Positions 57,957-64,000 of a DNA stretch of 64,000 nt are shown piece after piece. The notes beneath the pieces are model-generated. The model searched no databases. It had not been told where the DNA came from and saw only the letters and a program-made list of their open reading frames with translations. The translations under genes and the position numbers were made by a program. The number at the start of each line of letters is the position of its first letter. The stretch's first letter is position 1. This stretch comes from an uncultured Chloroflexia bacterium (GTDB lineage: Bacteria > Chloroflexota > Chloroflexia > QHBQ01 > JADMIH01), in contig CAWCNY010000002.1 of assembly GCA_963797095.1 (NCBI GenBank), positions 992,001 through 1,056,000 of the forward strand, read 5' to 3'.

Positions 57957-58583
57957 ATGTATGACATAAGCGTTGCGATCCGGCCTGGGATGCCGGTTTG
58001 GGATAATGAAATGCCTGTGGAGATCGAGCCGATCTCTACAATTCCTCCTGATGTGGCGGCTGTGTCGCGGTTTTGCTGGGGGTCGCACACCGGCACGCAT
58101 GTGGACCCTCCGAAGCATTTTATCGAAGGCGGGGCCGGGGTTGACGAGATGCCGTTGGAGGCGATGATCGGGCCTTGCGTGGTGCGGAGGTTTGACGAGA
58201 GGTATGAGATCACGGCGGAGCAGTTGGAGGCGGCTGGTATCCCTGAGGGTACGGAGCGTTTGTTGCTGGCTACGCCGGGGTCGGAGTTGTGGGAGCGGGA
58301 TGACTTCTCGTTTGATTATACGGGGCTGAGCCTATCGGGGGCGCAGTGGTGCATACGGCGGGGCATCAAGCTGCTAGGGATAGATTATCTCTCAATAGAG
58401 CGGGCCGATGCGCCCACCGCATTTCAAACGCACGTTACGCTGCTGGGAGCGGGCGTGGTGATATTGGAGGGGTTGGACCTGCGCGCCGTGCCTGAGGGAG
58501 AGTACAACCTTGTGTGCCTGCCACTGAAGGTGCAAGGCGGGGATGGCGCGGGAGCGCGGGCTGTGCTAATACCTATGTACTAA
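57957..58583 (+). CDS. Cyclase family protein (kynurenine formamidase-like)
   Basis: HTGTHVDPP.HF, GIDYLS, H..LL, ILEGL, DGA.ARA. Confidence 0.9.
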   Translation: MYDISVAIRPGMPVWDNEMPVEIEPISTIPPDVAAVSRFCWGSHTGTHVDPPKHFIEGGAGVDEMPLEAMIGPCVVRRFDERYEITAEQLEAAGIPEGTERLLLATPGSELWERDDFSFDYTGLSLSGAQWCIRRGIKLLGIDYLSIERADAPTAFQTHVTLLGAGVVILEGLDLRAVPEGEYNLVCLPLKVQGGDGAGARAVLIPMY

Positions 58584-58694
58584 CGGTAACCCACACATAT
58601 TATCTATATATCACCATGGCTAACCTTGCTATACTGCAACCGTAGACATTAGGCGTACTGGTATGCGTAGTGGCAAGATTGCGGGGAGATTGTC

Positions 58695-61600
58695 ATGGTG
58701 GAAACGTCCTGGGCGGTGACCAAGGGTAAGGCGCTGGCTTTTGCCGCGCTTTTGTTTGGCTTGTTGGTGTTTGCCGGAGTGGCGGTGGCGAGTATGTCGC
58801 CGAAGGTAGGCTCGCCTTCCGGGGCGGAGGCCCTTGCGTCTCCTACGCCCGCAGGCTGCTCTCGTTTCTGGGATTTGACCGATACGCATATCCCGTCTAC
58901 GGAAGAGAGTATTTTGTATGGTGGTGATGCTCTGGCGGCGAACGATATCTGGGCGGTAGGTTTTGACGTCTATAGTGGACTGATTGAGCACTGGGATGGA
59001 ACTGATTGGAGCATATTAAGCGATTCACAGGTGCTGACTCGTACCATTCTAAATGATGTGGTGGCTATCGCACCTAACGATGTGTGGGCAGTCGGGCACT
59101 ACGACGGCGATGGACCTTACAAGTCGTATATCACTCATTGGGATGGGAGCACATGGAGCGAGGTTCCGAACCCTGGCGCGGTCGATGACTCGGGTTTGTT
59201 CGGTATTGACGCCCTCTCCGCAAATGATATTTGGGCGGTAGGTGCGCGCTGGTTCACGGATAATACAGTAATTGTCCTTCGCTGGGATGGCACGTCATGG
59301 AGCAATGTACCCACTCCTGTGCTGCTTAACTCCGGCAGCCTGTTATTTGCAGTAGACGCATTAGCTCCTGACGATGTATGGGCTGTTGGAGCGCAGAATT
59401 ACAACCAGACGCTGCTGATGCACTGGGATGGCACTGCATGGACGATTATGCCGACGGTACTGAATGCCACTCTCTATGGCGTGAGCGCGCTGGATGAGAA
59501 CGACGCGTGGGCGGTGGGCCATGGCGATACTTCAGGCACAGGACTGATATTGCACTGGGACGGCACCTCTTGGAACGTTTCGGTGAGCGATAGCGGGAGT
59601 TATCGGGACGTGAAAGCCTTTGCGCCTGATAATGTGTTGGTGGCGGCAGAGGATACATATATCAAGCAGTGGGATGGGTAATCCTGGGAAGATATTCCAT
59701 ATCCCTCACCGTATCCTTATAGGGGAACAATTGCTAGCATTGTTGCATTGTCCGCCAGTGACGAATGGCTATTAGGCAGCCAGAACTTCGAGCCAAATGA
59801 CCAGGCTATGGCAATTCATTGCGGCACTTGGTGCCCAACGCCCATAGAGTGTGAAACAGGATGGAATCTAATCGACCATGCTAGCCCTGGCCTGAACGTA
59901 AACACGCTGTTCGGGATCGATGGGGCGGGCGCTGATAATGTTTGGTCGGTGGGGTGGACCGATGAAGGAGGTCAGATACAGCACTGGAATGGCAACTATT
60001 GGAGCGTCGAATCGACGCCACCCCTGACTGCGCCTACGCTTCTAAGAAGTGTTAAGGCGATTTCGTCCAACGATGTATGGGCGGTGGGGTATGGAGCCCA
60101 GTATTATGGAGAAAGCGTTGGAGAGAGCCTGTCGCCTCTGAAATTAAGTACAGCCTCTGCCTCGACCAGTGTATCGAATTGGCTCTCTACAATACATTGG
60201 GATGGCTCAGCATGGAGTGAGATTCCCAATCCAATTGCACCAAATGGAGACCCTAAGTGGTTGCTTGGAGTAGATGGAACTTCATCAACTGACGTGTGGG
60301 CAGTGGGAGGCCGGGTCCCCAACCTCAACGATGAGGTTCTTATTTTGCACTGGGATGGCTCTGCCTGGACGCAAGACTGGGTAGATACGATGGGACTGCT
60401 GTACGGGGTGAGTGCCATATCAGCGAACGATGTATGGGCAGTGGGGAGTACAAGGGTAGAGAATGGCTCGACGTTGATCCTGCACTGGGATGGCACACAG
60501 TGGAGTGTTGTGCCTGGTCCAGGGCCGACGCCGGATGGGGCTGTTCTTGAAGGAATCAGCGCGGTATCGGCCAATGATATTTGGGCTGTAGGTACTTGGC
60601 AACCGCACTATGGTAATCAGCAGCCTCTTATTCTGCACTGGACCGGCAGCCAATGGGGTATCGTGCAAGCGCCAGCTGGTGCAGGAGAGTTGCGAGATGT
60701 ATCGGCAGTTTCGTCCAATGCGGTATGGGCAGTTGGGACGGACTATAGCATGAGTGAGCTATTGCCGCTGGTATTGCATTGGGACGGGAGCGCGTGGAGC
60801 CGTGAGAACACTCCAGAGCCTGACACAAGCGAATTGATAGGCGTATTCGCGTCTTCGAGTAACGAGGTATGGAGTGTAGGGTATACGGACGGATTGTATG
60901 ATGAGGATTCGCTTATCGAGCGGTACGTCGGTAGCTGCGAGACGCCTCTGCCAACGCCGACGCCCACGGTGTGCAGCACGGGGTGGGCGAATTCGGCCAG
61001 CGTCGATTTGAGTTTCGAGGAGAACCAACTGCTCGATGTAGCCGCGGTGGCGGGTGACGATGTGTGGGCGGCGGGGTTCTACAGAGTGGCTGGCTATACC
61101 TACCCGTTGGCGGAGCACTGGGACGGCGCTCAGTGGGGGTTATCGTCCACGGGCGTGATCACGAGCGGGGCCATTACGGCAGTTAAAGCATTTGCGTCAG
61201 ATGACGTGTGGGCTGTTGGATCGGGTAGCACCAACATTATTATGCGCTGGGATGGGGAGCACTGGACACCGGTAGAGGGTCCAACGCTCGAAGGCTACAC
61301 TCACCTGGAAGGCGTAGATGGCCTGGCAAGCAACGACCTGTGGGTGGTTGGAGGCCACAACCCCGGCTCAGGTAACTCGCCTGTGGCGGCGCACTGGGAT
61401 GGCGCGAACTGGACTCAACCGAGCCTGCCGGTCGATAGCACCCTGAACGCGGTGAAGGTGGTAGCTCACAATGATGTGTGGGCGGTTGGCTCAAAGATTG
61501 GTGCCGATGGTAGCCTGATCTTGCACTGGAATGGCGTGCAATGGACTGAGGTGACGGCACCCACGCAGCCCTATGCGGAGTTGTACGATATAGATGGCGT

Positions 61601-62960
61601 ATCGCCTGATGATCTGTGGGCAGTCGGATCGTGGGCGTACGCTCCTGAGCCATCCTATATATTGCACTGGAACGGCACACAATGGGCCAGAGTGGAGCCT
61701 GAGGGCAATATTTCGTCCGCGCTATCGGGTGTGGCTGCAATCGCAAGCGACAACGTATGGTTCGTGGGAGCAGATTCGAATGTGAGCCTGACGTTGCACT
61801 GGGATGGCACGTCGCTGGCGGTGGTGGACAACCCTCATGGTGGAGGAGTAAGCGCGCTATGGAAAGTGAGTGGCCTTCCCAATGGGGACGCCTGGGCGGT
61901 GGGTGAGCAAGATGGTGCGTCATTGGATACGCACGTAACGCTTGCGCAGCATTATCTTTCCTGCGTTTCCGCAACTTCTACCCCAACAGCTTCCGCTACT
62001 GCCACGCCTATGGGCACCGCGACAGTATCCGCCAGTGAAACTACTATTGCAACTTCAACCGGAACACCAACCCCTCTTGCTTCTGTAACCCACACGGACA
62101 CGACTACGCCCGTCATATCGACCGGAACATCGACCGAGATATCGACATCAACAGCCGCTCCGACGGACACCAGCGTAATTCCCACTCAATCCCCCACCGG
62201 CACGCGCACTCAAACACCTTCGGCTACTTCTACGGCCATAATCACCACCACGGCTAAATCGACGTCTACGGCAACAGCTACGGCTACCGCTAGCGCCTGT
62301 CCGGTGCAGTTCGCAGACGTGCCGGATGGGCATACTTTCTACTCCTTTGTGCGCTGCCTGGCTTGCAGGGGTATTCTGACAGGGTACGCTTGCGGGGGAG
62401 TGGGAGAGCCTTGTGACGGCAACAACGACCCCTATTTCCGCCCCAATAATGGGGTGACACGTGGGCAGATCGCCAAGATCGTGTCGGAAGCGGCAGGGTT
62501 CGATGAGGCTGTTTCGGGGCAGGCATTCGAGGATGTGCCCCCAGGCTCGACCTTCTATGTGTACGTGGAGAGGCTGGCAAGTAGAGGCGTTATGCAGGGC
62601 TATCCATGCGGTGGCGCGGGAGAGCCGTGCGGCACAGGCAGCCTCCCCTACTTCCGGCCCGGCGCTGGCGCTACGCGTGGGCAACTGGCAAAGATCGCAT
62701 CGAACGCTATAGAGTGGGCCGATTCGATCCCGGCGGGGCAGTATACCTTCGCGGATGTGCCGGTGGGGAGTGCGTTCCACCCATATATCGAGCGGATGCT
62801 GATGCACAGGCCGGGTGCTATGTCGGGGTATCCTTGCGGCGGCACGGAAGAGCCGTGCGACAGTGCTGGGAGGCCCTACTTCCGCCCAGGCAACACCCTT
62901 ACGCGGGGGCAGACCGCCAAGATCGTCACCAATACCTTCTTCCCGGAGTGTGTGCCGTAG
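58695..62960 (+). pseudogene. Large secreted beta-propeller repeat (HWDG..W / DVWAVG) SLH protein interrupted by one in-frame TAA
   Basis: ORFs 58695-59681 and 59748-62960 share a frame, and the repeat reads through as WDG*SWEDIP. Signal peptide is in the first part; SLH domains are in the second. Confidence 0.85.
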
Positions 62961-62984
62961 TCCAGCGCCAATAGATGCTGTTAA

Positions 62985-63063
62985 GTAAGGGCACCCCTCG
63001 TGGGTGCCCTGTGTTCTTGCCACGATCTCTTCCCAACGGGGCGCCCACTAGGAGTGCCCCTAC
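62985..63063. repeat. Inverted pair of REP-like palindromes
   Basis: GTAAGGGCACCCCTCGTGGGTGCCC, and on the reverse strand GTAGGGGCACTCCTAGTGGGCGCCC. Confidence 0.75.
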
Positions 63064-63108
63064 AGATAATTTGACCGCAAATCTGAGCACGTACCTTTTA
63101 TTCTGCTA

Positions 63109-63137
63109 TTGACAAGTAATTACTCTGCCTTTACACT
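63109..63137 (+). promoter_or_regulatory. Sigma70-type promoter
   Basis: TTGACA-17-TACACT. Confidence 0.7.
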
Positions 63138-63230
63138 CTTATCTACACTCTTATCCGAAGCCAAACATTTATCTAATATTCCTCCCAGGGGCGCACCCGG
63201 CAAATATGCCACTATGAAGGGGGTAACACC

Positions 63231-64000
63231 ATGTACCGAATCAGGGAGATTCTATTAGCCCTGTGCCTGTTTGTACTCTGCCTGATGGTGGCGGGGATGG
63301 CGGGTGAAGCAGGAGCTTCCTACCCGGCCGGGAGCGCACCTGCAGGCACCGACCCCTACCATCATCTATCGGGCGTGGTAGCGATGCGATTGACCGGGGG
63401 TGACGGCCTGGGGATGGCTGATGGCGGAATGCACCCCGCTTCGTTTGCGTCGAACTTTGTGCGCAACCCACAATCGGTGTTTGGGAGCCTCCTTGCCCCA
63501 CCTGTGTTTGGCCCGAACGTGGATGCCACGCTCAATAACTCGGCGACCCAGAACGAAACGACCATAGGCATCGATCCAACCAGCGACCAGCGCGTGATCG
63601 CCGGGGCCAACGACTACAGGGCCAACCTTAAGCCGTATATCTATTACTCCACCGATGGCGGCGATACATGGGTCAATTACGCGGTGCCGGGCACTCACTC
63701 GATCTATTACGGCGACCCCGCGATGGCGTTCGACCGTGGAGGCTACGCCTACTTCAGCAATTTGGGCTACATCAATGTGTGCGACCCCTCCGGTGGGATG
63801 TACGTCAGCAATTCGACCGATTTTGGGGCGTCGTTCTCGGAGCCGATCACGGTGGCGACCAACTTCGTGGGTGGCGGGTTGGCGATCTTCCACGACAAAG
63901 AGTACGTGGCGGTAGACGACAACCCGTCCAGCCCCTACTCCGGCACCGTGTACCTGGGGTGGACCAAGTTCATGTTCCAGTCGGGCACAGGGTGCGGTGG
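63231..64000 (+). CDS. Secreted sialidase-like BNR-repeat protein (partial, runs off the window)
   Basis: MYRIREILLALCLF signal; QNETTI, GANDYR, YSTDGGDTW, GDPAMAFD, DKEYVAVD. Confidence 0.85.
   Translation, partial: MYRIREILLALCLFVLCLMVAGMAGEAGASYPAGSAPAGTDPYHHLSGVVAMRLTGGDGLGMADGGMHPASFASNFVRNPQSVFGSLLAPPVFGPNVDATLNNSATQNETTIGIDPTSDQRVIAGANDYRANLKPYIYYSTDGGDTWVNYAVPGTHSIYYGDPAMAFDRGGYAYFSNLGYINVCDPSGGMYVSNSTDFGASFSEPITVATNFVGGGLAIFHDKEYVAVDDNPSSPYSGTVYLGWTKFMFQSGTGCG

Overview
A high-GC bacterial chromosomal window, most likely from an uncultured Chloroflexota (Chloroflexia-like) organism. This is inferred from Cys-containing SLH-domain surface proteins, the pan leader and many heptamer/REP-like intergenic repeats. 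Core genes include tRNA-Ser(GCT), glpX, rho, a panG-panB-citrate synthase-panC-coaX-coaBC cluster with a pan-like attenuator leader, ilvE, a KynB-like cyclase and an HspR-like regulator. There are four SLH-anchored surface proteins, two GT-C glycosyltransferases, an ApbE/ferric-reductase/PepSY redox cluster with a two-component system, and an EVE-domain McrBC system. Two mobile elements are present. One is an ISKra4-like IS with a 9-bp TSD whose transposase is frameshifted by a tandem repeat. The other is a decaying tnpB-only IS200/IS605 element. The most unexplained signals are three. (i) An ~83-bp non-coding element occurs in four dispersed copies, and two of them extend to a second GTAC-N4-GTAC motif. 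(ii) A self-contained ~180-nt transcription unit encodes a 15-aa peptide and two CCTAGG-centred hairpins. (iii) The ApbE cluster has no canonical flavinylation substrate. All calls were made by eye, without database searches.
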